Below, piece by piece: positions 63,690-64,000 of a stretch of DNA of 64,000 nt (its first letter is position 1; the number at the start of each line of letters is the position of its first letter). Source of the stretch: a bacterium (GTDB taxonomy: Bacteria; UBA8248); the NCBI GenBank assembly GCA_965213685.1, contig CBDBZY010000018.1, positions 448,001 through 512,000 of the forward strand, written 5' to 3'. The position numbers were made by a program, and so were the translations under genes. The notes under the pieces were generated by a model. It did not search any database. It was not told where the DNA came from and saw only the letters and a list, made by a program, of their open reading frames with translations.

Positions 63690-64000
<311 letters not shown>

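Overview
Eukaryotic, repeat-rich animal DNA. Short introns, TACATG-rich CpG-depleted background, small CpG-rich islands and the protein/TE families suggest a demosponge-like invertebrate (inference). The main content is a minus-strand multi-exon gene that I reconstructed by splice phase. Exons 7774 to 772 encode Roc GTPase-COR-ZU5(HFC)-UPA-like-Death domain plus a C-terminal transmembrane helix. An intact five-exon Kelch-repeat module (22688 to 18149) ends in the same phase as the Roc exon begins and may be its N-terminus across a ~10 kb intron. That interval holds a tandem-duplicated Helitron-like cassette carrying orphan exons. The rest of the window contains a cluster of three non-LTR retrotransposons (24.8-31.4 kb), several tRNA-derived SINE families, Helentron-like and Academ-like MITEs, foldback elements, a duplicated and partly inverted Sin3 PAH1 pseudogene (40.8-43.4 kb), inverted Ulp1-protease exon relics and a ~5.3 kb compound (CA)n array. 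Most long ORFs in the track are microsatellite artefacts. Domain calls come from motif recognition by eye, not from searches.
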